Shown here one piece after another: positions 1 to 13,730 of a stretch of DNA of 64,000 nucleotides. The number at the start of each line of letters is the position of its first letter. The stretch's first letter is position 1. Origin of the DNA: the human T2T-CHM13v2.0 reference genome, Homo sapiens; the NCBI RefSeq assembly GCF_009914755.1, contig NC_060931.1. One strand, written 5' to 3'. A model generated the notes under the pieces. It was not told where the DNA came from and did not search any database. It saw nothing but the letters and a program-made list of their open reading frames with translations. A program made the translations under genes and the position numbers.

Positions 1-1333
1 ATCAGATGTGAGCATTCCGGAGAAGAGGCCCTGTCTCACTCAGCTTGGCATTCCTAGGGCACCGCCTGGCACCCACTCAAACACAGTGCACGTTGAGGTC
101 ATTAATTAAAGGATGACTAATCTATCAGGTGGCTGCTGCACTTGGGCGCTGATTAAGACTGTGCTTGAGACCTTTCTGAGTCTTCTTTTGTAGGAGTCCA
201 TTATGAGAGGAAGGCTGACATCAGGATCTGCCCACCCAAAGCCCCACACCCCTACAAAACTTCAGTCGGTTTTTGAGAAGGGCTGACTACCTCTCACCAA
301 GCAACCCAAATTCAGGCTCAAGCTGTGACAGTTAATGCTTTACAGATTATGATCTAATTTGGAAAGATGCTAATTTTAGTAAAATAAATCTACTTCTTCA
401 GAAACTTGAGCCTTGACTTTAGAGCATATTTTGGCCTAAATCTCTGTTTTGCTAGGGCATTAGAATTTCTGGCTTCTGTAGTGAGTTGGGGTGCTGAGGA
501 TGGGTCAGGCTAGGAGGAGGATCCCATATCAGGGAGAAACACTTGGTTTTTGTGATAAACAAGGGACGGAGAGGCTCATTCTGACTCTGCAGTGTGGACC
601 TCTCAGAACTGAAGCATGCAGCCGATCCCTAGCAGATCCTAGACCGGGGCGGGAAGTTCATAAACAACAATTACGATGGAGAGAAGCATCCTCTCCGCAG
701 TGGACAGTGAACTCGCAGGGTCCCCTGGATTGCCAACCCTGCTCATCAGCCACCACCCTTGTAGGATCTTTGCAGTGATTGGAGGATGGACTCGGATCTT
801 CTGCTGTCCTCGCTGGGCCCAGAGCACAGAAGTGGCTGACTTGGGCAAAAGGCAAGGCTGTCTTTAACATTTTTCTCCTCACTTTCAATTTCTTCAAGTG
901 ATTACTAATAATATTTATAGCCCTTCTATTTTTGCAAACTTTATATTTATAAAACACAGCCATATGTGTTACACATTAATATTTTGAAAATATTAAGCTA
1001 ATAGCTTTAAAAAAATTCTTTGCCTCCATGAAGAGCATGCCCTCCAGTTGTCCTTCTGTCTTCTTGAAATCATGGAGGAGAGGGGGGCAAATCCACGTTG
1101 AAGAGAAAAGGCAGAGAAAGTGCCTCCTGCAGGCAGGGGAAGAAAAGAGAGCCCTTTGGCCTGGAGACTGGGAGGGAGGAGAAGCGAGACATCGGAGCAA
1201 TGTGTCTTGGCTTCCGCTGCTGTTTACAGCGCACACTGAAATGACAGAGCCCAGGAAGGCTGTTGGACAGGCTAAGGATGATGCTAGATGCATAGGGATG
1301 TGTGCCCCATCCCCATTTAGAATTCTGGGAATA

Positions 1334-1632
1334 GGCCAGGTGCAGTGGCTCAGGCCTGTAATTCCAGTGCTTTGGGAGGCTGAGGTGGGAGGATCGCTCG
1401 AGCCCAGGAGTTAGAGACCCACCTGGGCAACATAGCAAGACCCTGTCTCTACCAAAAAAAAAAAAAAAAAAAAAAAAGCGCACGCCTGTAGTCCTAGCTA
1501 CTCAGGAGGCTGAGGCAGGAGGATCACTTGAGCCAGGAATTTGAGGCTGCAGTAAGCTATGATTATACCATCACACTCCATCCTGGGCAACAGAGTGAGA
1601 CTTTGTCTTTAAAGAAAAGAAAGAAAAAAAAA
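1334..1632 (+). mobile_element. AluJ (Jo/Jr-like) SINE with an expanded A24 linker
   Basis: Starts GGCCAGGTGCAGTGGCTC; J-type GGATCGCTCGAGCCCAGGAG and GGGCAACATAGCAAGACCC; perfect 15-bp TSD AGAATTCTGGGAATA at 1319-1333 and 1633-1647. Confidence 0.95.
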
Positions 1633-2789
1633 AGAATTCTGGGAATATCCTTCATTTCACAGCCAATGTGTGTTATTCTAACAGAATAAAGATAGTGATT
1701 GGGCAAAGAGAGAAAGTCATTAGTCTTAAGTTTCCCACAGCTCCTGTGTGGCATGCTATGAAAGAAACCAGAAATATTCCATATCCTGGGCAGGGTACAG
1801 ATAGGAGCTGAGCTAGAATATGGTGGGCCTGCCAAAGGCCTCCATAGAGAAGGAGCAGATTGCACAGTGGGACCGATGGAAGATACGATAGAATGTTTGA
1901 GATGTCTGCGTCCCCAGCAAGAGCAGAGGTCAGGCTGAGTTGGTGAGGGAGAGCTACCAGCCCCTGATGGAGACAAAATGATCTCTACCAATAGGAGTTC
2001 CCCAAAGTGCCATGAGTGGCCCAGAAATCGAGTGACACATGAATCCGCAGAAATACGTTTCCTGGGTGATTGAGCTGTCAGGGGTCTTGTTAAGGAAGAA
2101 GTGAAGAGGGCCAGGCCTTTGAGGTAAGACGGAGCATTAAGTAACCCCAGAAACACAGAGACGATATTCCTCGGTCATGGAGGACACAGAAACACACATG
2201 GAGGCTGTGCATAGCACATTCAAGGAATATAAGTAAAAGGGAATAATGAGAGACAACACTGGATCAGGAGATACAGGAGGTTTGCAGAAAGCCTTCAGTG
2301 TCAAACAAAAGCGTGTGGACTTTGTGCTATGAACACATTCCCCAAAGGGTGTTCTGTAAAACACTTGTTCATTGAGTTAGTAATAAGTGTCCACCAAAAA
2401 AGAAGGGCGGACTCATAGATTTAAAATTTTGGGAAACAATGAGTTATATGCAATGAAGCAGGTATCTCAGCATCTTCAATTTGTTACTGTGCATTCTGAG
2501 AATATGATGGGAGCATATAGACTTGATCAGAGGGAAAACTCAAGCAGCAGATGCTGTCACACACGTTGAGTGGCAGGATCAGAGGACAAAGACTACATTG
2601 ATGACTGAAAGAATGGGAATGAAAGAGACTGACTAGAGAGTTGTTAACTAACAAGAGTTGTCAGGGTGAGGTGTCTGACCCTGGGCAAGGGGGGAAGGGA
2701 TGGGAACAGCCCAAGCTCATGATTGCCTAACCAGCAGGACGGAAGGTCCCAGCACTGTTTCCTGAAATGGGGTATTCGGAGGGTGCGCT

Positions 2790-2915
2790 GCTTCGGGATG
2801 AATTTTGGTGTTTGAATCACGACCAGACATGCAGGTGGAAACGGCCAGCAGGCAGTTACTGACTGAAGACCGAGGCTCAGGACAGAGGCTCAGGCAGAGA
2901 TAGAGGTGAGGATCT
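2790..2915 (-). mobile_element. L2 LINE fragment
   Basis: GACATGCAGGTGGAAACGGCCAGCAGGCAGTT...GCTCAGGACAGAGG resembles the reverse complement of the L2 3' region; boundaries approximate. Confidence 0.6.
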
Positions 2916-3420
2916 GTGCACTTGGCCAGGACCTTAGGCCAGCACTGAGTCTCCAGGTGCGCCCTCCGCTCATGGTCTTGTCCTGAGGCACCTCGCTCAT
3001 GCCTGTGCTCCTCAAATGTCACTGGCTGTGCTGGGTACTTTCTATTTTTCTCCCGTTTAAAAATGTCCAGTCCCGTATCCCAATTCCTAGGACCCAACTT
3101 TCCACAAAACCAGTGATTTTTCAGCTGTGGTCCTAGGGAACATCGGCTCTCTGCCCAGGACGAGCAGTGATTGTCCTTCCCTTGGAACGCATAGTGAGCA
3201 AGTGATTTGCATATTGCATCTCAATTTTATTTTTCTCTCACTATTTTTTCTTAAGCCTTTGGCGCTTGCTATTACCAGTGTGTGAGCAAGTGTGACCAGA
3301 TGGACAGCGAATGAGTGAATAAACATTAATTTAAATTAATTAAATTGATTATGTTCGATTTGACTGCTTTTTAGTGGATATCTAGGCTCATGATTGTAAT
3401 TTCATAATAAAACCTGTTAC

Positions 3421-3975
3421 CGCAGTGGTCGGATTTTTCTGGGCCACCCGAGTGGAGCGGCCGGGTTGGGCCATAAAGAGGCCGTGGCCGGAGGACGGAG
3501 CGGGGGCGTTCACTCCGCTGGGGCTTCTCATGCCACGTTTTTTCTCCAGGTGTGACTTGGTCGGACGCGGATCCCGGCAGCCAGCTGGGGCTTAGTCTTC
3601 TGTGAAAGAGTAAAGTGCCTCCTGCGGAGAGCGGGTAAACTCGCCAAGGGCCTGCGAGGCGGGAGTTCTCCCCAGGCCAGGCGAATGGGGCGGCCCTGAG
3701 CTGGTCTAGAGCCGGCTCCACGCGTCTGAGGGGGCCCGCGGGGCGGCGGGGAGGTGGCCCAGACGCGGGTTCTGTGAAGGGACTTGGGGAAGGAAGATTC
3801 CATTCGAGCAGAGGAAAAGCCGGATTCAAAGAGGCCAGGCCGCTGAGGGGAGGGGCTGCCAAGATGGCCGTCGGTCTCCTCAGGGCCTCCTCGGCGGTCA
3901 GTTTTTCATCCTTTGATCCAGGGGTCGCTTCCTGTACCTCGTCCTCAGCATCTGGAATCCAGAGACCTATGGCGT
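3421..3975. promoter_or_regulatory. CpG island formed by the retrocopied PIP5K1A 5'UTR and CDS start (candidate promoter)
   Basis: About 39 CpGs in 3421-3900 by manual count, versus about 4 in the equally long 4201-4680; GC boxes GGGGCGG near 3687 and 3740. Confidence 0.75.
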
Positions 3976-5121
3976 CTGAGGTGCCTTGTGCCTCGGGCAT
4001 ACCCATCAAGAAAATAGGCCATCGAGGTGTTGATTCCTCAGGAGAGACAACCTATAGAAAGACGACCTCATCAGCCTTGAAATGTGCCATCCAGTTGTGC
4101 ATTACTCACACTGTGGGGAGCCTGGATCCCACACCAGAGCGTCATGTCCTCATGTAAGATTTCTGCGTGGTGGAGAATATCTTCTTTCCCAGTGGAGGGA
4201 GCAACCTGACCCCTGCTCATCACTGCAGTGAGTTTCCTTTCAAGACCTATACACCTGTTGCCTTCTGCTACTTTCAGGAGCTATTTGGTATCTGCCCTGA
4301 TGATGACTTGTACTCCCTCTGCAGTGAGCCACTGATTGAACTCAGTAGCTCTGGAGCTGATGGTTCCCTGTTACATGTGTCCATCCACAATGAATTCATT
4401 ATTAAAACAGTCCAACATAAACAGGCGGAGTTTCTGCAGAAGCTGATTCCAGGATACCACATCGACCTCAACCAGAACTCTTGGACTTTGCTGCCTAAAT
4501 TCTATGGACTGTGCTGTGTGAAGGCAGGTGGCAAGAACACGCAGATTGCGGTGATGAAGAATCTCTTACTAAGACTGGTCAAAATGCATACCAAATATGA
4601 CTTCAAAAGTTCAACCTACAAAGAGCAGGCTTCCCAGAAAGAGCAAGAGAAGCCTCTTCCCACATTTTCCCACATTTAAAAACCTAGACTTCTTACAAGA
4701 CATCCCGATGGTCTTTTTTTTGGATGCTAACATGTACAACGCTCTCTGTAAGACCCTGCAGCGTGGCTGTTTGGTGCTGCAGATCTTTGAGATAATGGAC
4801 TATAGCCTCTTGATGTCAATCCACAACATAGATCATGCACGAGAGCCCTTGAGCAGCCAAACACAATGCTCAGTTCACACTTGAAGACCAGCCCCCCAAA
4901 GGGCTCTGTATTCCACAGCCATGGAATCCATCCAGGGAGAGGCTTGACGGGGCAGCCCCATGGAGACTGATGACCATATGGGTGGCATCCCTGCCCAGAA
5001 TAGTGAGGGGGAAAGAATCCTGCTTTGTATTGGCATCACTGACATTCTACAGTCTTACAGGTTTGTTAAGAAGCTGGAGCATTCTTGGAAAGCCCTGGTA
5101 TGTGATGGGGACACTGTCTCA

Positions 5122-5531
<410 letters not shown>

Positions 5532-6856
5532 TCATCTTTCTCTGGGCGAGCAGGCTCCAGTGACAACTCCTGTGTTACCAGCCATCGGTCTCAGGGGAAC
5601 ACAAGGCACAAACCACAACAAAGGCGGAAGTGGAGCCAGGTGTTCACCTTGGTTGTCCTGATGTTTTACCTCAGACTCCACCTTTGGAGGAAATCAGTGA
5701 GGGTTTACCTATTCCTGACCCCAGTTTCTCACCTGTAGTTGGAGAGACCTTGCAAATGCTAACCACAAGTACAACCTTGGAAAAGCTTGACATTGCAGAG
5801 TAAGAGTTCACCCATTGAGCACAAAGCCTCAGAAGACCTGAAACAAGATTCTGCCATCTCTGTGATCCCAAGATGTCAGCCCTTGCCCCAGCAATGCTGA
5901 GTTTTCTTCTACTTTCCCATTAAAAAGGAATGTAATGGAAGCGAGGGGAGCTCTCCATCTTCTTCCTGAAGAAGAACCTAGTCTCTTTCCCCTTCCTCAT
6001 GAATGGGCATTAGTGCCTCAGACAGTTGAGGACTGCAGCAACCCCTCCACTCCAGAATTGGGTGGATGGATTTTCAATGGGCTAACCTTGGCTTTCACAA
6101 TTGAGCTTTTTCAGACCCCCATTCTTCATGCTGGGAATGGGATGGCTGGACTTGGCAGTTTTCTTTCCCCTCATCTTTCACCAGGAGCTGGACTCATAAT
6201 TTCCTCAGGACAGACTAGCTGGCACATTATACCCACCTCAGTTCTTTCTCTCTGATCCCTGGAAGAAGATCCCTGTAATCTCTGTAAAGGTTTTGAGGGG
6301 ATAAGGGTGTTTAACCACCTCCCAACTTTCTTCTTTTTATTCTGAATAAAGGAAAAATGCGCACAGCACGCAATTTCAAGCCAGTTTCAGATCAAAACCC
6401 CAAAAGTGTTGACGAGATGCCTAGTCATAGGATTCCCTCAGAAGAACCATGGTGTTTGTGAAGAGAAGTGTGGTGATTGCTCTGCCAGGACAGCTCCTCT
6501 TTAAACTCCTCCTTTCTTGATGAATTTGTTAAGGCTGGAGGAATGGAGAGAGTGGGACATGGGGTAATCTTTACCCCTTTTTTTAAAACATGGGGCAGCC
6601 GTGGGCTGGGAGATCATAGCCCTTCCTAGGCAGAATCCTACTCACTGCCAGGGTGTAATGATTATTACTGTTTTGCAATTTGAAATATATTCGGTTGTTT
6701 TTGTAAATATGAAGACCTATCAAATGAATTTTAGATCATTCTCCAGAGGAGATTTCTTTTCTCTTCCCATCTTTTCCAACAGTGCTCTCCTGCTTGTGGA
6801 GCTAAGGTAGAGACACCTCTGTCTGTTTAACAGGCAGTCCATATCTATGAGGCTAG

Positions 6857-7233
<377 letters not shown>

Positions 7234-7941
7234 CTACCCGCTGTCTTCATGCAGGGAGGTTGGAAATGGGGGCCGCATGTGCCCTCTCCTCCCATCTACA
7301 AGAGTTGTGGTTTCCCATCTGATCCTTCCACTCTTGTTAGGGGAGGAAGGGGGCCTGGTATCTCAGGCAGATTGTTGAATTCCTGTTCTATCCCTTCTCC
7401 TTCCCTACCTTGATAGTAGGTTAGCCCATACCCCAAATAACTGTCTATATTAGACACCCTCAGCCAGTTTCTGGCTGCCTGTCTGTTGCCATGTTCTTTT
7501 TTACAAGAAGGAAAGAAACAATTATTGCTATTTTTTCATAATTTACTATTTATGAAGTATTTAAGTGTTTTATTATGGATAGAGTTCTGTAATGGGTGGG
7601 AGGGAATATTTGAGGGAGGGCTGGGTCTTAAGGAAAGGAATGGGGAATCAACATTATTATGAAGTGTCTCTATTTGCCTCTACTTTGTATTGTTCAGAAA
7701 TGGCCAATGCAATATAAAAGTGTTACATGGTTTTAATGTATTAAACTTTAATCAGTTTTTTAGAAAAAAATAAAATTAAAAATTAAAAAACTGTTTATAT
7801 TTATGATTATAACATAATTTTAATGAAAAATTACATCAATAAATATAGTATTCCACAAATGACCCCAGAATTGCAGTTGCTTCAGCATGTGAAAATATTT
7901 AAGAAACTCTCTCAGGGTCACGACACTGAAATGAAATGGGT

Positions 7942-8700
7942 TTCATTCATTAAGCAATGTGCTGAGTGCCCACTCTGTGCCATGTGGTGGAGAAGAGAAC
8001 CCAGTTGGAGGCAATGACGCACTCCCCCTCCCACACCTGTCCTGCGGAGGTGGCTGCCCCCGGGACACTGAGCCCTGCACATTTCTCAGCTGCCTTTCAC
8101 CTCGCCTCCAACATGTGCACCGGTTCTTGGGAATGGACTACTGCAGAGTGGTCTGTGCTTCTCCCAGGCCTGCGCCATGAAAACCTCCATGCAGGGGGCT
8201 CCACATTCCATCCTAAAGGCTGCATGTGGTTTCCTGGGTGACGCTGGAAACCGGGAGCTGAAGATAGAGGAATCCATGTCAGTCTGGGTTCCTGGACTGA
8301 TGAACGGCATGGAAAAGACTCCACTCTTCTGATGACCAGGAACACACTCAACTATCTGTGAATTGAGTTAAAAATAAAGTTTCATTGTGTTAAGCTTCCT
8401 GCATTTGGGGGTATTTGTTACATTATGTGGCATTGCCCTAACTAATACATACTAGGCATTTTGGATCTAAAGATTAACAAACCACAGATCTGTACTCAAA
8501 GAACAAGGCCTAGTGAGGAGAGCAGCTACATAATCAGGCAGGTTTCACAACATATCAAGAGCAGTGAAAGGACATGCAGAGGACAGTATCAGATGACTGG
8601 AGAGGGGCCCCTGATCAACCCAGAAGCTGCAGGCCCAGGAGGAGTCAGGGAAGACTTCTTGGAGGAGACTGAAGGAGTGAGAGGGAATTGGCAAGGCTAA
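7942..8700 (-). mobile_element. L2 3' end, interrupted by an MLT1 LTR
   Basis: TTCATTCATTAAGCAATGTGCTGAGTGCCCACTCTGTGCCA (7942-7982) continues after the LTR as TACTAGGCATTTTGGATCTAAAGATTAACAAACC, matching the reversed L2 tail; right boundary approximate. Confidence 0.65.
7983..8449 (+). mobile_element. MLT1-family (ERVL-MaLR) solo LTR
   Basis: TG...CA termini; typical MLT1 3' end AATAAAGTTTCATTGTGTTAAGC...TTTGTTAC...CTAACTAATACA. Confidence 0.75.
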
Positions 8701-11575
8701 GGAGCGAGAAGGTGGCCCAGTGTCCGAGGAACTAGGACGGCATGAATGAGTCACACCTGGCATGAGGGGTGGGGGTGCTGCTGTGCCACCAGAGCTTAGA
8801 ACAGGAGCTTCTGGCAGTGCAGAGGCTCCCACACTCCTCTAGCGACTTGGACTCTGGGGAATCTGGATGTGTTTTCAGGAAGGCAGACTAAGGTTAGATT
8901 TGCAGATTTTTGTTTTTCAACTATTTACTTTTATATATAAAGAGAACATGCATCTGTTTCTTCTGTCTCCACTCTTAAAAGATTAACTGCTGTGGTAATG
9001 CCCTCCTGCCATCAAGAGCTAGAAAACTGAACAAAATGTATGGAGTGAGTGGTGTGCTGAACTGAAACACCTACGAGAGGCTAGCAAGGGCAGCGACCTG
9101 AGATCCCCCCTACCCAGAGGCAGCCTTCCAGACTCAGTGCAGAGACGGCGGCTCTCACAGAGCCCAGTGTCTCACTGAACTCTGGAAACACAAATCAGAT
9201 GTGGGAGGCTGAGGCGGCCAGAATTGGTGGTCCAGAAAGGAGTGAGCTGCACAGAGAGAGAAGAGAGCACCTCAGGTACCTAGAGTGGAGAACACTTGAA
9301 TATTTGGTTGAATGCTGAGATTTTCATGAGTGGGGTAAGACTCCAGAACCACTGCAAAGTGAAGCTAACCCCAAGGACCTCAGGGCGCAGGGAAGAGCCA
9401 TTGCAGCTGGGGGAAAAATGGGGGGAAAGAGACCGTGGAGGACAGGAAAGCAAGCAGGGTCCTGACCCCTACAGATCCCCTGAGGCTGGGAGACAGGCGG
9501 GAACCTGACTCACATGCAGCTCCAAGGGTTCGTTTGCCATGGGCAGGATTACTGAAAGAGCCTCAGGCCTGCCTGAGCCTGAGGCTAAGTGAGGAGGGAG
9601 GGCAGAGCGGACAGCCCAGCTATAGCCACCAGGCCACCCAGTGCTGGATCAAAAGCAACCTCCGACTACCACTGAGGGGAGGGAGTGCACAGATCCGGGC
9701 CTGAGGGTCAGGCTCAGAGGGAAAGCCCTCCGGCAACCAGTTGCCACACTAAGCCCAAGGAAGCACTAGCAAGACTGAAGTCCATCAGGCCTGAGGGCCG
9801 CATAGCAACAACAACAGAAACAAAACTGAAAACAAATCCGTTTCAACTAAGACCCCGATGCATCCAAGCCCCACACAGAGGCCTCACAAGAGGCCCGTCT
9901 GTCCAAAGGCATAAACACCACATGCCTTAGCTTCTGCGTCCCACACATATGGTCCAGGTTTTCAACAAAAAGTACGAGATGAGAAAAGCAAGAAAATATG
10001 ACAGGAAACAAAGCACAGAATTAGATCCAGATACGACCCAGGTGTTCTACTATTGGGTAAGAATTTCTAAAAATAGTGTTAGTACATTTAAAGCACTAGG
10101 AAAAGTGTGAATTTTAAACAGAGATGGAAAATATAGTAAAGAATCGGAAAGAAAAGATAGAAATTTAAAACAGTAACACAGATGAAGTGTCATCAGATGG
10201 CTCATTAGCAGACCTCACACAGCCTCTGCACCCCACCCCCCAAAAAAGTCAAGTCACACTGAAAGACACGGCCTATGAAGAATGGAAACAGAATACTGTG
10301 GCACAACACCAACAGGCTGAAATACTTGAGATTTGAGTCCTAGAAGAAGAGAGAGTGAACAGGGCATAGGAAGTGTTTGAAGGGATAATGGATGAGAATT
10401 TTTCAAAAATAATGAAATAAACAACAGCTCTGAGAAACTTGTAGAGCACTGATAGGGATAATCACAAAACAAAACAGTAAAATTGAGACCAAAATGGAAA
10501 TGAAAAATGGAGTAAATAAAGGGCAAAACAAATAGAAAACATTGAGTCAGATGACAGATTTTAACCCAACCATATCAATAATTTCATTAAAAGGAAACGG
10601 CCGAAACAAACCAATTAAAAGACAAAGATGTTTAGATTAGACAAAAAAGCAAGGCTCAACTACGTGCTGTTTATAAGAAACCCACTTTAAATATAGAGAG
10701 ATAGATATGTATATTATAAGTAAAAGGATAGCAAAAATATGTCATGCACACACTAACCAAAAGAAAACTACAGTTTCTGTACTAATATGAATAGATTTCA
10801 AACAGATACAAAGGGAGAAATTATAGTAATCAGAGTGTTAATTCAACAAGAAGATATAACATTTTAAATGTATGTACTTAACAACAAACCTTCAAAATAC
10901 ATAAACATGAACAAAAACTGATAGACTTGAAGGAGAAAACAGTCACATGAAAAATTCTAGACGGAGACTAAAGGTTTTTTCTCAGTAATCAATAGAACAA
11001 ATAAACAGAAAATAAATCAGGATGCAGAAGACCTGAACAACACAATCAACAAAGCTGGCCCCACTGACATTTACAGAACTCTGTCCAAGAATATCAGAGT
11101 ACATATTCTTCTCAAGAGCACATACAACATTCCCAAGAGAGACAAAAACAAACTGTTACAACTTTTTAAAAATTGAACTCATACAACGTATGTTTCCTGA
11201 AACAGAAATATTTCTGGAAAATTCTCAAATGTTTGGAAGTTAAATGATTCATAAAATGACCCATGGGTCAAATAAGAAGCAGAAGAAAAATCTGAGCTGA
11301 ATGTTAAGGAAAACATATCCAAAATCATGGGATGCAGCTGAAATAATGCTTAGAGGGAAACAAAGGTCATTAAATGCCTATTTAGAACAGAAGAAAGGTC
11401 TTAAATCAATAAACCAACATTTCTATATAACAAACTAGAAAAGGAGACTATATTAAAAGAGCAGAAGGAAAGAAATTATAAATATAAACAGAAAACAATA
11501 GAGAAAAATCAATAAAAGCAAATGCTGATCCATTAAAAGATTAATAAAAGTGAAAAACTTCTAGCCACACTGATA

Positions 11576-11732
11576 GAGGGGGAGAGAAAGGAGGAGAGAG
11601 GGAGAGAGAGAGACAGAAAGAGAGAGAAGGGGAGAGAGAGAAAGAGAGAGAAGGGGAGAGAGAGAGAAAGAGAGAGAAGGGGAGAGAGAGAGAAAGAGAA
11701 GGGAGAGAGAAGGGAGACAAAGAGGAGGAAAA
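11576..11732. repeat. Polypurine (GA)n compound repeat with a 24-26 bp unit GAAAGAGAGAGAAGGGGAGAGAGA
   Basis: Directly visible, almost pure purine tract. Confidence 0.9.
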
Positions 11733-12700
11733 TGACTCAATGACACAAATTATCAGTATTGGAAGAGGGGTCCTCAACCACACTACCAAAGACCTCTACA
11801 GTCATTACAGGGAAAAAAAAGGGAATGCAGTCTACAACTTTATTTCCATAAATTAGAAAATGTAGATGAAAGGGGAAATTATTTGAAAGACACTTTAAAA
11901 GAAGTAATCTGAAATCCCAAATCTATTAATGAAATTGAATTCAAAGTTAAAAACTTTCCAACAAAGAAAATTCTGTGCTTAAATGGCTTCACTACTGAAT
12001 TCCACCAAACATGTAAAGAAGACATAATACAATTCTACAAAACTCTTCCACAAAAGTGGAAGAGACTGCAATATTTTCCAACTCATTTTGAGACCAGCAT
12101 TACATTGATAACAAGTAGTCAAAGATATTCCAGAGTGAAAAAAACCATACTTCAATATTCCTTTTTAATGTAGACATAAAAATTGTCAAAAATATTAGCA
12201 AATCAAATCCAGCAACATATAAGATGGACAATGCATCATACCCAAGGGTGGTTTATACTGGGAATGCAAGACTGATTCAATATTCAAAAACCAATCAAAG
12301 TTATTCTCTATGTAAATAGACTAAAGAAGAAAAACCACATGAGTTCCTATAGATACAGATAAAGCATTTGACAAAATTCAATATCCATTCATAATTTAAA
12401 ATAAGAAGAAAAATCTCCCAGCAAAGTAGGACTAGAAGGAAACTTCCTCAACAAAACAAGGGGCATCTACAAATGCCTGCAATGCTATAGTTAACACTGA
12501 AAGACTAAATGCTCTCATCCTAAGTTGAAGAACAAGTAAAGGATATTCACTCTCACCTCTCCAACTCAAAATCAACATTATACCATCATACTAGAAATCC
12601 TAGCCAGTTCAATATGAAAAAGTGTGTGTGTGTGGGGGGGGGAGGAGTGGAGGACAAAAATTGACACAGATTGGAATTGAAGAAATAAAACTATCTCTAT

Positions 12701-13730
12701 AATTCACAAACTGATTAAACACTGGGTAAAAGACCAGAACAAATTCCTTACCAAAGAGGATATACAGATGTCAAATAAATATAGGAAAAGATGCTCAACA
12801 CCATATGTCATTAGGGAATAGCAAATTAAAACAACCATGAAGTATTGCTACACACCTATTAGAATGACCTAAATCCAGAACATTGACAACACCAAATGCT
12901 GGCAAGGACGTGGAGCAACAGGAACTCTCATCATTGCTGATGGGAATGCGAAGTGGCACAGCCACTGTGGAAGACAGCTTGGTGGTTTCCTACAAAACTA
13001 AACATACTCTCACCATATGATCCAGCAATCATGCTCCTTTTAATTTACCCAAACGAGTTGAAAACACACAAAAATCTGCACACAGATGTTTATAGCAGCT
13101 TTATTAATAATTACCAAAACTTGGAGGCTACCAAGATGTCCTTCAGTAAGTGAATGGATACATAAATGATGGTGCATCCAGACAGTGGAATACTACTCAG
13201 TGCTAAAAAGAAACAACCTATCAAGCCATGAAAGGACATGGAGGAACTTTAAACGCATAGTACTAAGTGAAAGAAGCCAAACTGAAAAGGCCACATATCG
13301 TTGATTCTAATGACATTCAAGATGGCATTCTGAAAAAGGCAGCTATAAAGACAGTACCAAGGTCAGTGGCTGCCACTGAGTGAAGAGAAGGAGGGATGGA
13401 CAGGCAGGGCACAGGAGATTTTTAGGGCAGTGAAATGACTCTGTATGACACGATAATAGAGGATGTGTGTCATTGTACATTAACCAGACCCGTAGAATAA
13501 ACAACTAGAGTGAACCCTAATGTAAACTGAGGCCTTTGGGTGACAATGATGTGTTAGTGTAGGTTCATTGATTGTAGCAAAGGCACCACTCTGGTGGTGG
13601 ACACTGATAATGCAAGAGGCTATGCTTGTGCGGGGGAAGGGAGTTCATGGAACCTGAACTCCCTGTACTCCTGCTTAATTTTGCTGTGAACCTAAAACTA
13701 CTCTAGAAAAATAAAGCTGATTAAAAAAGT
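12701..13730 (+). mobile_element. 5'-truncated L1MC1-like element nested in the older L1 ORF2
   Basis: ORF2 C-terminal peptide (AQPLWKTAWWFPTKLNILSPYDPAI), L1MC-type 3'UTR (GTGAACCCTAATGTAAACT...TTTTGCTGTGAACCTAAAACT), AATAAA, degenerate TSD AAC(T/C)ATCTCTAT at 12689-12700 / 13731-13742. Confidence 0.8.

Noticed and set aside
1563-2156. 197-aa minus-strand ORF, and similar 60-170 aa ORFs such as 25252-25767
   Set aside because: No recognisable homology; many overlap Alu, L1 or LTR sequence and use non-ATG starts; expected by chance.
3325-3340. Perfect 16-bp palindrome ATTAATTTAAATTAAT upstream of the pseudogene
   Set aside because: Pure A/T low complexity; such palindromes are common by chance.
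3371-4009. 212-aa minus-strand ORF
   Set aside because: Antisense shadow of the GC-rich pseudogene 5' end; Pro/Arg/Ala-rich with no recognisable domain.
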